Notes under the pieces: model-generated
Told to the model about the DNA's origin: nothing
What the model saw: only the letters and a program-made list of their open reading frames with translations
Database searches by the model: none
Shown: positions 35,299-44,975 of the stretch, piece by piece
Position numbering within the stretch: the first letter of the stretch is position 1
Layout of the letters: each line of letters opens with the position of its first letter
Translations under genes and position numbers: made by a program
DNA from: Candidatus Beckwithbacteria bacterium
GTDB taxonomy: Bacteria; Patescibacteriota; Microgenomatia; UBA1400; CG1-02-47-37
DNA: 64,000 bases
NCBI GenBank assembly: GCA_026397255.1
Contig: JAPLVF010000013.1
Coordinates: 150,062 to 214,061 of the forward strand
Direction: 5' to 3'

Positions 35299-36932
35299 GA
35301 GAAGTATTTTAACAGACGAGAGAAGAAAAATAGAGTTAAAGTAAATAATCCAAGACTGACAAGAGAAAGTTTATCGCCTAGCTGGCGGGCGGGAGTGTGT
35401 TCGGTAAAAGTGGAGATAACGGTGTGGGTGCCGGCGGTCAGATTATAGCCAATTAAACCAGGATAGTCCTGACGGTCATAAATAATTTGGGCCGGCTGGC
35501 CATCGACGGTCACTTCCCAACCAGGAAAGTAAGCAGTTTTTTCAAAAACCGGTTGGTCTTTAGGAACAGTAACCGTGTAAAGATGTTTTTGGGTTTGCCA
35601 GACTTGAACGACGCTTTTATCGGCATTAAAAACCCGGTCGGTATTTTGAGCCAATTTAAGAGCTTTGTCAGTCTCAAACCATTGAGGCCGGTACTCATTT
35701 TCAGTGGTAGAGGTAAACGGATATTGGAAATAGCTCATGTCCGGAGCATGAATAAAGCCCTGAGAATGAACATTAAGACCGGCATAAACGATAGCTACCA
35801 AAGCAACTAAAATACTCAAGCGCGGCCAAGCCTTGGCGACAAAGGCAGCTAAAAAAATCACGCTAAGGCTCATAAATAAAAGCAGGCGCCAGGGAAATTG
35901 GGCTTCGTAAATGAAAGGTAAGCGCAACCAAAACCATTGGGAAATGGGCAGGCTTAAAAACATAAAACCGGCAAAGGAAATTAAGAAAAACCAAGCTAAG
36001 TTTTTATTAATTTTCAGGTGACGTTTAAAAATCAGGGCAATAATTAATAAAACAATAATTAACCAATGGCCGGGGCCGAAATTAAAACTTAAACCATCGC
36101 CGGTGCCGGGAAAAGAAAAACCAAAACCCCACTTAGAAAAAAATAACTGTCCTAAAGTAGGAAAATGGTCTAAAAACCGCAATATCGGATGAACGGCTTT
36201 AATAATCGTAAATTGCTGTTCCATGACAAGGGGCAGCCAAAAAAACAAGCTTAAGCCAACGCTGATTAAAAAACTTAAACCAGCGATTAACCACTTCTTC
36301 TTTGACTGGCCCCATAAACTAACAAGGCTAAAGCCTAATAAAAGCGGCAAACCAAAAATAACACTGATGTTGTGACAAAGCAGAAAAGCAACCAGTGAAC
36401 TGGTGGCGAGAAAAAAACTTATACGGCCCGGTTTTTGAATTAACCGCCTTAAAAAAAGCAAGCACAGCGGCACAATCGACCAAACCAATATTTCTCCGGT
36501 CGAGCCGCGGACGAGAAAATTTACCCAAGGGTAAACGGCAGTTAAAGCAAAAACCGAGGCAATAAAAGCCGAGAAACTGCCGAATAATGGCAGTAAGAAA
36601 AAATACCAGGCAATCGGGGCCACCACGGTACTAATCATTAAAATCAGCTTTAAACTCCACTCAATTGATAAGCCTAAAGAGAATAAAGGCCAAGCTAAAA
36701 ATTCGGTTAAATAATAGCTAAAATTGAAAACCGGGTAGCCGTATTGGTAATTTAAACTGCCGGCCCAGCGCGGCGGCAGGTGGTGGTCACGCACGGCCAA
36801 ATAAAGATTGGCCAAACGGGCCAAATGCATTTCACCGTCGTGAGATTGGGGAAAACCGACATTAAACAGGCTGCGCATTAAAAAAACTGACAGGGCAATC
36901 AACACGAAACAAACCAAGAAGTTCTTTTTCAT
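35295..36932 (-). CDS. Polytopic membrane protein (PTPS-related / GT-C glycosyltransferase-like)
   Basis: HDGEMHLAR, YGYPVFNF, QFPWR, YFPGW. Confidence 0.75.
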   Translation of the reverse strand: MKKNFLVCFVLIALSVFLMRSLFNVGFPQSHDGEMHLARLANLYLAVRDHHLPPRWAGSLNYQYGYPVFNFSYYLTEFLAWPLFSLGLSIEWSLKLILMISTVVAPIAWYFFLLPLFGSFSAFIASVFALTAVYPWVNFLVRGSTGEILVWSIVPLCLLFLRRLIQKPGRISFFLATSSLVAFLLCHNISVIFGLPLLLGFSLVSLWGQSKKKWLIAGLSFLISVGLSLFFWLPLVMEQQFTIIKAVHPILRFLDHFPTLGQLFFSKWGFGFSFPGTGDGLSFNFGPGHWLIIVLLIIALIFKRHLKINKNLAWFFLISFAGFMFLSLPISQWFWLRLPFIYEAQFPWRLLLFMSLSVIFLAAFVAKAWPRLSILVALVAIVYAGLNVHSQGFIHAPDMSYFQYPFTSTTENEYRPQWFETDKALKLAQNTDRVFNADKSVVQVWQTQKHLYTVTVPKDQPVFEKTAYFPGWEVTVDGQPAQIIYDRQDYPGLIGYNLTAGTHTVISTFTEHTPARQLGDKLSLVSLGLFTLTLFFFSRLLKYFS

Positions 36933-36960
36933 GAACCAATTCTAGCACGAAAGAAAGGGT

Positions 36961-37236
36961 TTATTTTTTCACCAAACGCTTGAGGGTTTTGCCGACTAAG
37001 AAGCGAACGACGCGGTGGCTTTTGATGATTAAATCCTGGCCGGTGGCCGGATTGCGGCCTTTTTTATCTTTGACTTTACTGATTTTAAACGTGCCAAAGC
37101 CGGAAAGGACGACTTTTTCGCCCCGATCTATCTGGCGGACAAGTTCGTCTAAAAAAGCATCAATGGCTTCCATGGCCGCTTTTTTAGTTAAATGAGCTTT
37201 TTTAGCAATGATTTCAATAATGTCGGTTTTGGTCAT
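36961..37236 (-). CDS. hup: DNA-binding protein HU
   Basis: GFGTF, GRNPATG. Confidence 0.93.
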   Translation of the reverse strand: MTKTDIIEIIAKKAHLTKKAAMEAIDAFLDELVRQIDRGEKVVLSGFGTFKISKVKDKKGRNPATGQDLIIKSHRVVRFLVGKTLKRLVKK

Positions 37237-37296
37237 ATCGACAATAAATATAACCGCTGTATCAAGCTAAATCAAGAGGCAGTTTAATTGATTAAA

Positions 37297-38802
37297 CTAG
37301 TTGGCAATTGCCTCTGCTCTGCTTTCCCGAATCACGTTGACTTTAATTTGACCGGGGAAATTCTTGACTTCGTCTTTAATTTTATCTCTTATGTCGCTCG
37401 CTAACTTAACACTTTGATCGTCGGTAAGCACTTCCGGTTTAACAATGACCCGGACTTCCCGACCGGCTTGAATCGCATAGGCGGATTCAACCCCTTCGAA
37501 CGATTTAGCAATATCTTCCAACTGCGTCATCCGTTTTAAGTAACCCTCATGGTCAGCATAACGGGCGCCGGGACGAGAACCGGAAATGGCGTCGGAAATA
37601 TATACCAGCATTGATTCAACCGAGGAAAACGGCTTATCTTCATGGTGTTCGGCGACACAGTCGAGCACCGCTTGGGGAATATGATGGGTTTTTAAAAATT
37701 TAACTGCCAGCTCAACGTGAGTGCCTTCCTCTTCGTCGATGACTTTGCCGATATCGTGCAGTAAACAACCTAGACGAACAATATTGGGATCAGCTCCGGT
37801 TTCGTAGGCCAATTTCAGGCCAATCTGGGTTTCCTCTAAAGTGTGAGTAATCATGTTTTGACCGTAAGAAAAGCGGTACTTAAACCGACCGAGCATATCA
37901 ATAATTTCGATGGGTAAGTTAAAAACCTTAACCGCGTGGCAAAGTTTTTCACCCTCAGTCCGCATAATCCGCTCAATATCTTTTTGGGTGTGAGCGACAA
38001 TTTCTTCAATGCGCGCCGGCTGAACCCGACCATCGGCAATCAATTTTTCCAAAGCGACCCGGGCAATTTCCCGCCTAACCGGATCAAAACAGGATAAACG
38101 GATCACACCAACCTCATCTAAATCAACTTCGACGCCGCTGACTTTTTCAAAAGTGCGGATGTTGCGACCTTCGCGGCCAATCACCCTGCCTTTAATGTCT
38201 TCATCGGTAACTTTGACTAAAGAAACGGTGTATTCGGCCACATAATCGGTGGCCGCATGACGCATAGACTCAATCAGAATTTCCCGGGCTTTGTCTTCGG
38301 CTTCAGCTTTGGCCTGACTCTCAGACTCACGAATAATATCGGCGATTTCCCGGGTCATCCGGCGCTGATATAACTTCAAAATTAAATCGTGGGCTTCGGT
38401 TTGATTTAATTTAGCCACTCTTTCTAATTTTTCCAGCTGCTGTTTTTTGACTTCCTCGATTTTTTTCAACTGTTCCTGAAGATGTCTTTCATGGCCGGTA
38501 ACACTTTTTTCCCGTTGTTCGACAGCGCCAAGACGATGATCAACTTCCGCCAACTGGTGGACGGATTTTTCTCTTGAAGCCTGGGCTTCATTAATAATTT
38601 TTTGGGCAGAGGCATCGGCTTGTTTTTTAATTTCAAAAGCTTGATCTTTAGCTTCAATAATGAGCTCTCTGGCTTTAGCCTCTGCAGCCGATAGGTCGAC
38701 CGGAGGAACAATTTTTTTTCGTCCAAAGGACGACCGGCCTGTGGCCGGGGTTAGGATGGCTTTACCTTTAATAATTTGAGAAAAACGTTTAAAAAACGAC
38801 AT
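37297..38802 (-). CDS. rny: Ribonuclease Y
   Basis: KGRVIGREGRNIR KH domain, LLHDIGK HD domain, AIQAGREVRV. Confidence 0.96.
   Translation of the reverse strand: MSFFKRFSQIIKGKAILTPATGRSSFGRKKIVPPVDLSAAEAKARELIIEAKDQAFEIKKQADASAQKIINEAQASREKSVHQLAEVDHRLGAVEQREKSVTGHERHLQEQLKKIEEVKKQQLEKLERVAKLNQTEAHDLILKLYQRRMTREIADIIRESESQAKAEAEDKAREILIESMRHAATDYVAEYTVSLVKVTDEDIKGRVIGREGRNIRTFEKVSGVEVDLDEVGVIRLSCFDPVRREIARVALEKLIADGRVQPARIEEIVAHTQKDIERIMRTEGEKLCHAVKVFNLPIEIIDMLGRFKYRFSYGQNMITHTLEETQIGLKLAYETGADPNIVRLGCLLHDIGKVIDEEEGTHVELAVKFLKTHHIPQAVLDCVAEHHEDKPFSSVESMLVYISDAISGSRPGARYADHEGYLKRMTQLEDIAKSFEGVESAYAIQAGREVRVIVKPEVLTDDQSVKLASDIRDKIKDEVKNFPGQIKVNVIRESRAEAIAN
38719..38748. repeat. Intragenic double hairpin in the rny 5' region
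   Basis: TCGTCC-AAA-GGACGA abutting CCGGCC-TGT-GGCCGG. Confidence 0.6.
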
Positions 38803-38929
38803 AAACCTCTTTTTCTGAAGACAAATGGAAGATTACTCCGCTGCCGGAGCGGAAGAAGATTGACTGATTTGTTTTATTTTTAGTAACATTTATATCTTCT
38901 AATTACCATTTATCAACTATCTAGGTATT

Positions 38930-39334
38930 TTACTCGTCGGCGGCCAAGGCGTCAATAACTCGGTAAGAAAAACCACGACTCAACCGTTTATTTGAAGGGA
39001 GTGATTTGGCCAACTGCAACTCGTCTTCATAAGATAATAAAACATCATCGATAATATCCTGACTAACGCCCTTTTGGGATAATTCTTGTTTTAAAGCAAT
39101 GTTGCCGCGAGGCCGAAACTTAATTCTTTGATCCACCCACCACTTAGCAAACTGGAAATCATCTAACCGTCCCTCATTAATAAAATGGTCAACTACTTGA
39201 TTGATGGTAATCTGATCGGCGCCGCTTCTTTTAAGTTTAGTGGTAAATTCGGCGATACTTTGAGGACGGTAAGATAAGAGATTTAAGCCCCGATTAATCA
39301 GTTTTTGGCGGACGGCCGCGGCGGTGTTTTTCAT
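38930..39334 (-). CDS. recX: Recombination regulator RecX
   Basis: [30 protein letters not shown]; overlaps recA end. Confidence 0.85.
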   Translation of the reverse strand: MKNTAAAVRQKLINRGLNLLSYRPQSIAEFTTKLKRSGADQITINQVVDHFINEGRLDDFQFAKWWVDQRIKFRPRGNIALKQELSQKGVSQDIIDDVLLSYEDELQLAKSLPSNKRLSRGFSYRVIDALAADE

Positions 39335-40334
39335 TAGAATCAACTCCTTCTTTAACGCGTTTCCAAATTTCCGTCTCAATAATTTTGGTTAATTTGGTAT
39401 TTTCGGTTAGGAACAAACGGACAGATTCCTTGCCCTGACCTAGAACTTCGTTGCCATATTTATAAAAACTGCCGGATTTAACAATGATGCCGTAGTCGAC
39501 GGCTAAATCGATCAGGCCGCCTATTTTAGAAATCCCACCGACATTTAAGATATCCAGTTCTGCCTGGCGAAACGGCGGGGCAACTTTATTTTTAACGACT
39601 TTAATCCGGTGGCGGGAACCAATAATCGTTTCGCCGTCCTGAATATTGGCAATCTTGCGGCAATCCAAACGGATGGAAGAATAAAATTTTAAGGCTTTAC
39701 CGCCGGACGTCGTTTCCGGATTGCCGAACATGACGCCGATTTTCATCCGGATCTGGTTGGTAAAAATAATCACGGCTTTGGATTTGGCAATGGCGCTGGT
39801 CAACTTACGCATAGCCTGACTCATCAACCGCGCCTGCATCCCCATAGTGGAATCACCCATCTCCCATTCAATTTCGGCTTTAGGCACAAGGGCAGCAACT
39901 GAATCAATACAGATAACATCAATGGCGCCGGAGCGAATTAAGGTCTCGGCAATTTCCAGGGCTTGCTCGCCCGTATCCGGCTGGGAAATCAATAAGTCGT
40001 CCAATTTGACACCAATAGACTGGGCGCGTTGAGGATCAAGAGCATGTTCGGCATCAATAAAGGCAGCCGTGCCGCCGGCTTTCTGGGCTTCGGCAATAAC
40101 ATGAAGACAAATGGTGGTTTTACCGGAAGCCTCCGGACCGAAAATTTCACTGATCCGACCGCGGGGCAAACCGCCAACACCCAAAGCAATATCTAAGGCG
40201 ATGGAACCGGTAGAAATGGAGGCGACCTCCTGATGTTTTTTATCGCCCAATTTCATAATCGCGCCGGCGCCGTACTGCTTTTCAATCTGCTCCATTGCCA
40301 CTTTAATTGCCTGAAGTTTGGGATCGGTAGTCAT
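39294..40334 (-). CDS. recA: Recombinase RecA
   Basis: [40 protein letters not shown]. Confidence 0.98.
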   Translation of the reverse strand: MTTDPKLQAIKVAMEQIEKQYGAGAIMKLGDKKHQEVASISTGSIALDIALGVGGLPRGRISEIFGPEASGKTTICLHVIAEAQKAGGTAAFIDAEHALDPQRAQSIGVKLDDLLISQPDTGEQALEIAETLIRSGAIDVICIDSVAALVPKAEIEWEMGDSTMGMQARLMSQAMRKLTSAIAKSKAVIIFTNQIRMKIGVMFGNPETTSGGKALKFYSSIRLDCRKIANIQDGETIIGSRHRIKVVKNKVAPPFRQAELDILNVGGISKIGGLIDLAVDYGIIVKSGSFYKYGNEVLGQGKESVRLFLTENTKLTKIIETEIWKRVKEGVDSNEKHRRGRPPKTD

Positions 40335-40340
40335 AAAACC

Positions 40341-40369
40341 ATTAAACAAAGATTTACCGAAACTGTCAA
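40341..40369 (-). promoter_or_regulatory. recA promoter, leaderless-type
   Basis: TTGACA-17 bp-TTTAAT-6 nt-ATG(40334). Confidence 0.65.
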
Positions 40370-40400
40370 GCCGAATTTTATGTGATAAAATTCAGGAGAA

Positions 40401-40474
40401 CGGGGATTAGTTTAACGGTAGAATGCGCGCATGGGGTGCGCGTGGCGACAGTTCAATTCTGTCATCCCCGACCA
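40401..40474 (+). tRNA. tRNA-Pro (GGG)
   Basis: Acceptor CGGGGAT/ATCCCCG-A-CCA, anticodon arm CGCGC-ATGGGGT-GCGCG, T arm GACAG-TTCAATT-CTGTC. Confidence 0.95.
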
Positions 40475-42124
40475 ATGAAAAAAATATTAATCAGTTTATT
40501 GATTTGGTTATTATTTCCGGTAAGTTCAGTTTTAGCCGCAGATTATACAGTTGATAACTTTAAAAGCCTGATTGAAATTAACCAGGACACTTCCTTAACC
40601 GTCACGGAAACAATTGAGGCGAATTTTAATGTGGCTAAACACGGAATTTTTCGGATTATTCCGGTGATTTATTCCGCTAACGGCCGGACGATTAACGGTG
40701 AATTTAAGTTGCTGTCGATAAATGCTCCCTACTCAAGCAGCCGATTCAACCAAAGTATCAAACTGCAAATCGGTGATCCTAATAAAACGATTATCGGCAA
40801 ACAAACCTACGTGATTAAATACCAGCTTAATAATATTCTCCAAAGATACCCTGAGCATGACGAACTCTATTGGAACGTGACCGGGCATGAATGGGATACA
40901 ACTATTGCCACGGCCTCAGCCGAAGTAATTTCGCCGTTTGCACCGATTATTAAAAGACAGGATTATAACGAAGGCGAACTGACGATTGCCGTGGCTTTGG
41001 ATAAAAACAGCCAATTGATTTGGCCGACGAAAACTCAAATGGCAGCAAAAACTACAATCAATAACTGGGGCTATCCGGTCGCCCTGCTGCCGGTCTTAGT
41101 GATGTTTGGGTTTTGGCTGAAAAAAGGCCGGGATAAACGCTACACAACCGATAATTTGTATGTAAAGGGTCAAAAAACTAAGACTGTGGCAATATTTGAA
41201 CACAAATTTTTACCCAGTGTTTACTCGCCGATTGACAACCTGACGCCGAGTGAAGCCGGGACAATTTTAGATCAGAAAGTGGATACCAAAGATGTGGTGG
41301 CAGAAATAATTGAACTGGGGCGGTTGGGATTTTTGACGATTAAAAGAACGGAAGTGAAAAAATTCCTGTATAAAAACACTGATTATGTTTTGACCAAACA
41401 AAATAAAGACACGAAAAATTTAAGAAATTACCAAAAATATTTATTGGAAAAGATTTTTGGTAACAAGCAAACAGTCAAATTATCAGAAATGAAAAATAGT
41501 TTTTACCAGTATTTGGAAGAATTCAGGAAAAAAGTGAACCAGTATTTGGCCGACGAAAAAATCTTTGACGGCAACCCCAAACAGGTAAAAACTAAGTGGA
41601 CCGGTATTGGTTTTCTGATGATGGCCGGCGGGCTGGTAGGGGTAATAAATTTTGCCAGTTTAACGGCTAATTCCGGACCAATTGGCATACTGGCTTTAAC
41701 TCTTATCCCTTTAATCATGCTCGTGAAAAATATGCCGGCCAGAACCGCCTGGGGATACTCACTGTTACGACAAATTGAAGGCTTAAAGTGGTATTTAGGT
41801 AAAGGGAAATGGCGGGAAGAAATTGCCGAGAAAAACTTGTTTTTAGGCGATATGCTGCCTTTAGCAATTGCTTTGGGAGTAGTCAATCAGCTGGCTAAGG
41901 ATATGGCCGGCTTGGGAATTCCGCCGCCTAGTTATTTGCAGGGTTTTAGCGTGGTGAATTTTAATTCCCAGTTAAATCATTTAACTAATAACAGCACTGC
42001 GGCAATTATCAGCTCGCCGAGCGGCTCAAAATGGAGCGGTTCGTCTTCCTGGTCAGGCGGTTCCGGTTTTTCCGGCGGTTCATCAGGCGGTGGTTTCGGC
42101 GGCGGCGGCGGGGGTAGTTGGTAA
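40475..42124 (+). CDS. DUF2207 membrane protein
   Basis: Signal peptide MKKILISLL, HGIFRIIP, ELYWNVTG, Gly/Ser tail GGGFGGGGGGSW; the upstream ORF-track start lies before the tRNA and is spurious. Confidence 0.9.
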   Translation: MKKILISLLIWLLFPVSSVLAADYTVDNFKSLIEINQDTSLTVTETIEANFNVAKHGIFRIIPVIYSANGRTINGEFKLLSINAPYSSSRFNQSIKLQIGDPNKTIIGKQTYVIKYQLNNILQRYPEHDELYWNVTGHEWDTTIATASAEVISPFAPIIKRQDYNEGELTIAVALDKNSQLIWPTKTQMAAKTTINNWGYPVALLPVLVMFGFWLKKGRDKRYTTDNLYVKGQKTKTVAIFEHKFLPSVYSPIDNLTPSEAGTILDQKVDTKDVVAEIIELGRLGFLTIKRTEVKKFLYKNTDYVLTKQNKDTKNLRNYQKYLLEKIFGNKQTVKLSEMKNSFYQYLEEFRKKVNQYLADEKIFDGNPKQVKTKWTGIGFLMMAGGLVGVINFASLTANSGPIGILALTLIPLIMLVKNMPARTAWGYSLLRQIEGLKWYLGKGKWREEIAEKNLFLGDMLPLAIALGVVNQLAKDMAGLGIPPPSYLQGFSVVNFNSQLNHLTNNSTAAIISSPSGSKWSGSSSWSGGSGFSGGSSGGGFGGGGGGSW

Positions 42125-42137
42125 GGCGTAATCTTGT

Positions 42138-42836
42138 TTAGGCTTTAATTGTCCAGTCGCCACCGGTTTCGGGTTTCTCAAAAACTCTAAGGGTGGCTGT
42201 CTGCCATTGGTCGTTGTCCTGAACAACCATGGCTAAAGTCAAAGTATTGATTTTTCTCCTTTGATCGTAGCCGTAGACCACATCAAGATATTGATTTAGG
42301 GTTGACTTTAATTTGCCGTCTCTTAACTGAGAAAAATTGTATTCAATTACGCTGGTTTTACCAAACAAGACAACGTCTCCAGGTTGACAAACATTGGGAT
42401 TATATTCTGAAAGTTCAGGTAAATCATTAAACTGTTTTTCTTCAAAAAGATTGGCCAGAGTCATTATCGCATTCTTGCCAAGACCGCTTTCTCCGCGAAA
42501 GAGGACGGCATCAGTTTTATCTGCCTTAATCCAGTTAAGAGCATAAGCGTTTGTACTTATAGTTGTTTCAGCGTTGTCCACCGCGGCAAATATCCCCGGA
42601 GAAGTGCCTATTTTAGTCTGACAAATACATTTTGCATCAGCGCCGTTGACAACAATCAGGTTGTCCGGATCATCCGGGGTTTCGGGTGTTGGTGTGGGTT
42701 TTAGCGGCGGGGCTTCCGTAGATGGCGGTTTTAGACCACAGGCTGTTAAAAGTCGGCTTACGACTACTGCCCCGACTATTGCCCCACCTGCTTTTAAGGC
42801 ATCTCGGCGAGATAGTGGTTTTGGTTCTTGAACCAT
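42138..42836 (-). CDS. Putative Tat-signal lipoprotein (accessory)
   Basis: SRRDALK twin-Arg motif, LTAC lipobox, Pro/Thr linker. Confidence 0.7.
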   Translation of the reverse strand: MVQEPKPLSRRDALKAGGAIVGAVVVSRLLTACGLKPPSTEAPPLKPTPTPETPDDPDNLIVVNGADAKCICQTKIGTSPGIFAAVDNAETTISTNAYALNWIKADKTDAVLFRGESGLGKNAIMTLANLFEEKQFNDLPELSEYNPNVCQPGDVVLFGKTSVIEYNFSQLRDGKLKSTLNQYLDVVYGYDQRRKINTLTLAMVVQDNDQWQTATLRVFEKPETGGDWTIKA

Positions 42837-42884
42837 AACTAGATTAATATGACTTATAACTTAGATTGATGTCAAGAACAAACA

Positions 42885-43553
42885 TCAATGACAAGTGGCG
42901 GCTTTAACAAAGCCGGCGACCTGGGCGTCTTTCTCGGTGCAGAACCAGTCTTCACCGATATCTTTTTCCACAATCGTAAAAGCGTACTGGGCACAGTTGG
43001 GCAGGTAATATTTTCTGGCAGTGGAGTTTTTGTCAATATTCCCCTTAATATTACATTTTGGGTTATCCGGATTTTCTTTTTGGTAGCATTTGGGGCTGTA
43101 AATTCCGAGACGATCGGTTTTGGCTTGATTGGCGACGGCTTGAATTGGTTCGGTTTGAGAAGTCTGATCGCTGTGGTATCTGGCCCAGCCGGATTCCAGC
43201 ATTTTTAAATTGACTAAAGTATCGCCAATATAAACCAGGGCCATCGGCCGGCCATACTGGTCCATGATTTTTTCTTCCACCCGGATCTTTTTTTGGTCAA
43301 CCAATTTCGTCAGCAGGTCTTTGGCTTCCTCGCCGCCACAAAATTCCAGTTCCGGCGCGTCAATATGCCTTAAGCGCAAGCGGACTTTGCCGTCCATAAC
43401 CAAGGTGTCGCCATCAATGACACCGATAACTTTAATGTCACCGCCCGGAGATTTATTTAATAAAAAGTAATTTAATAAGAGTGAGGGAAGAATCAAAATC
43501 AGACTAAGTAACTTTAGTAACCTAGGCAGCTTACGAGAAATGAGGGTACTCAT
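42885..43553 (-). CDS. Membrane-anchored thermonuclease (SNase) family protein
   Basis: VIDGDT, RLRHIDAPE, DQYGR; C-terminal CNIKGNI...WFCTE domain. Confidence 0.9.
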   Translation of the reverse strand: MSTLISRKLPRLLKLLSLILILPSLLLNYFLLNKSPGGDIKVIGVIDGDTLVMDGKVRLRLRHIDAPELEFCGGEEAKDLLTKLVDQKKIRVEEKIMDQYGRPMALVYIGDTLVNLKMLESGWARYHSDQTSQTEPIQAVANQAKTDRLGIYSPKCYQKENPDNPKCNIKGNIDKNSTARKYYLPNCAQYAFTIVEKDIGEDWFCTEKDAQVAGFVKAATCH

Positions 43554-44230
43554 TTTAGCTCAAAGGTGACGGTGACGGTTTTGGAAACGGTTTCCGTGCC
43601 GGGTTCGATTGGAGCAGGGACACCACCGACCTCGGCTTTGGCAGACATAAAAACCGGCCGAGGGGCAGAGGTGCCACCTTCACTGACAGTTAAAATTTTA
43701 CCCAGTCGACGACGAGAAGCTTTGGCGACAACCGTGGCTTTTTCCCGGGCATTATCAATGGCAGTTTGCAATAAAGCGGCTTGAAATTGGGTAGTGTCGT
43801 CCAAAGAAAAACTGGGGCCGGAAACATTGGTAGCGCCAAGGCCTTGCAACAAATCGGTTAAGGCAGAGGCCTGATTAATATCCCTTAGAGTAAGGTTAAC
43901 AGAATTGGAGGCCTGCCAGACTAAAATTTTTTCTTTGGTAGTTTGATAAACCGAAACCCGCTGAGTTTGGATGTCTTTGGGGTCAATGCCAAAATCTTTA
44001 ATACTTTGGATAATTTTAGTCATGCTTTGATTAACTAAATCAACGGCCGTTTGTTTAGTTTGATTAGTAAAAACAACACTGGCGCTAAACTTGGCAATTT
44101 GAGGGGCTTCGTTTTGTTTGGCCTCGCCGGTGACGGTAATCGAAGCCGGTTGTTCAATAGAAAACGGAATAAATTTAATGACTAAGCCTAAACCCAGGAA
44201 AAAAGACAGAATCAGTAAAAATTTTTTCAT
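43550..44230 (-). CDS. SIMPL/DUF541 family protein
   Basis: ITVTGEA, AIDNAREKA, PIEPG, VTVTFEL; TGTTATAAT-N7-ATG. Confidence 0.88.
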   Translation of the reverse strand: MKKFLLILSFFLGLGLVIKFIPFSIEQPASITVTGEAKQNEAPQIAKFSASVVFTNQTKQTAVDLVNQSMTKIIQSIKDFGIDPKDIQTQRVSVYQTTKEKILVWQASNSVNLTLRDINQASALTDLLQGLGATNVSGPSFSLDDTTQFQAALLQTAIDNAREKATVVAKASRRRLGKILTVSEGGTSAPRPVFMSAKAEVGGVPAPIEPGTETVSKTVTVTFELK

Positions 44231-44234
44231 ATAA

Positions 44235-44975
44235 TTAATTATAACAAAAAAAACTACCGATGTAAGAATATTCAGGGAGTTGCACTTCAGGAGTAATAAA
44301 GGCTGAGGCAGAACCACCGTCTAAATTAAGAGCTACGCCTAAGTTCTGGTTAATGGCCTGACCTAAGGCGACCACCAGCTTGGGCGTGTCCGCTAATAAC
44401 GGTCCGCTAAAAAGGGAGTCGACCCCGGTTATAACCAGAAAAATCAGCTGATTTTGATCATTTAAAGCGGCAATGACCCGACGGCGGGGATGATCTTGGC
44501 TAATTTTTAAAAGCAAAGGCTGGGAATCAAAAATCAGCAACGGGCCGGATTGTAAGCCAAGATCGACTGAACCCTGCGGAACTGATGGGCTAATTTCCAC
44601 CTTAGAGGTAGAAAGTGATAAAAAGCCGTTGAATAAACTGCTGGCAATCGGCTGGGATAAAGTTTTACCCTGGCTGACCAGCCAGCCTAAGGGTTTATCC
44701 TGTTTGTCATAAAAATTGCCATTAACCAGAACTTGGCAGTGATTAGTTTTAGCTAAATCTTCTGAGGAGGCCTGGGCAGCATGGTTGGGTAAGAGTCTTA
44801 AGTTGGTTAAGTTGTCCAACTTAACCCAGGCATAACGATAGGCACCAAACTGAGCTAAGGCCGGGGTAGGTGAAGGCAAGGGCCCCACTTCGCTCCGACT
44901 TGGTGTCGGAGCTACGCTAGAGGTACAAGCGCTTAAAAAGATAAGCAAAAATAAAACTAAAATAATTTTTTTCAT
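44235..44975 (-). CDS. Phosphodiester glycosidase (NAGPA)-family lipoprotein
   Basis: LSAC lipobox, VNGNFY, QSGPLL, ALNLDGGSAS. Confidence 0.8.
   Translation of the reverse strand: MKKIILVLFLLIFLSACTSSVAPTPSRSEVGPLPSPTPALAQFGAYRYAWVKLDNLTNLRLLPNHAAQASSEDLAKTNHCQVLVNGNFYDKQDKPLGWLVSQGKTLSQPIASSLFNGFLSLSTSKVEISPSVPQGSVDLGLQSGPLLIFDSQPLLLKISQDHPRRRVIAALNDQNQLIFLVITGVDSLFSGPLLADTPKLVVALGQAINQNLGVALNLDGGSASAFITPEVQLPEYSYIGSFFCYN
44883..44920. repeat. Composite intragenic palindromic element
   Basis: CCCCACTTC-GCTCCGAC-TTGGT-GTCGGAGC-TACGCTAG; outer arms match rnpB 29510-29540. Confidence 0.7.

Noticed and set aside
38836-38855. Small hairpin TCCGCT-GCCGG-AGCGGA upstream of rny
   Set aside because: Only a 6-bp stem and a single copy; no riboswitch or repeat family assignable
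40382-40474. 31-aa N-terminal extension of the DUF2207 ORF
   Set aside because: It reads through tRNA-Pro; the signal peptide begins at ATG 40475
42020-42124. Gly/Ser low-complexity GGC-rich tail
   Set aside because: Normal C-terminus of DUF2207 proteins
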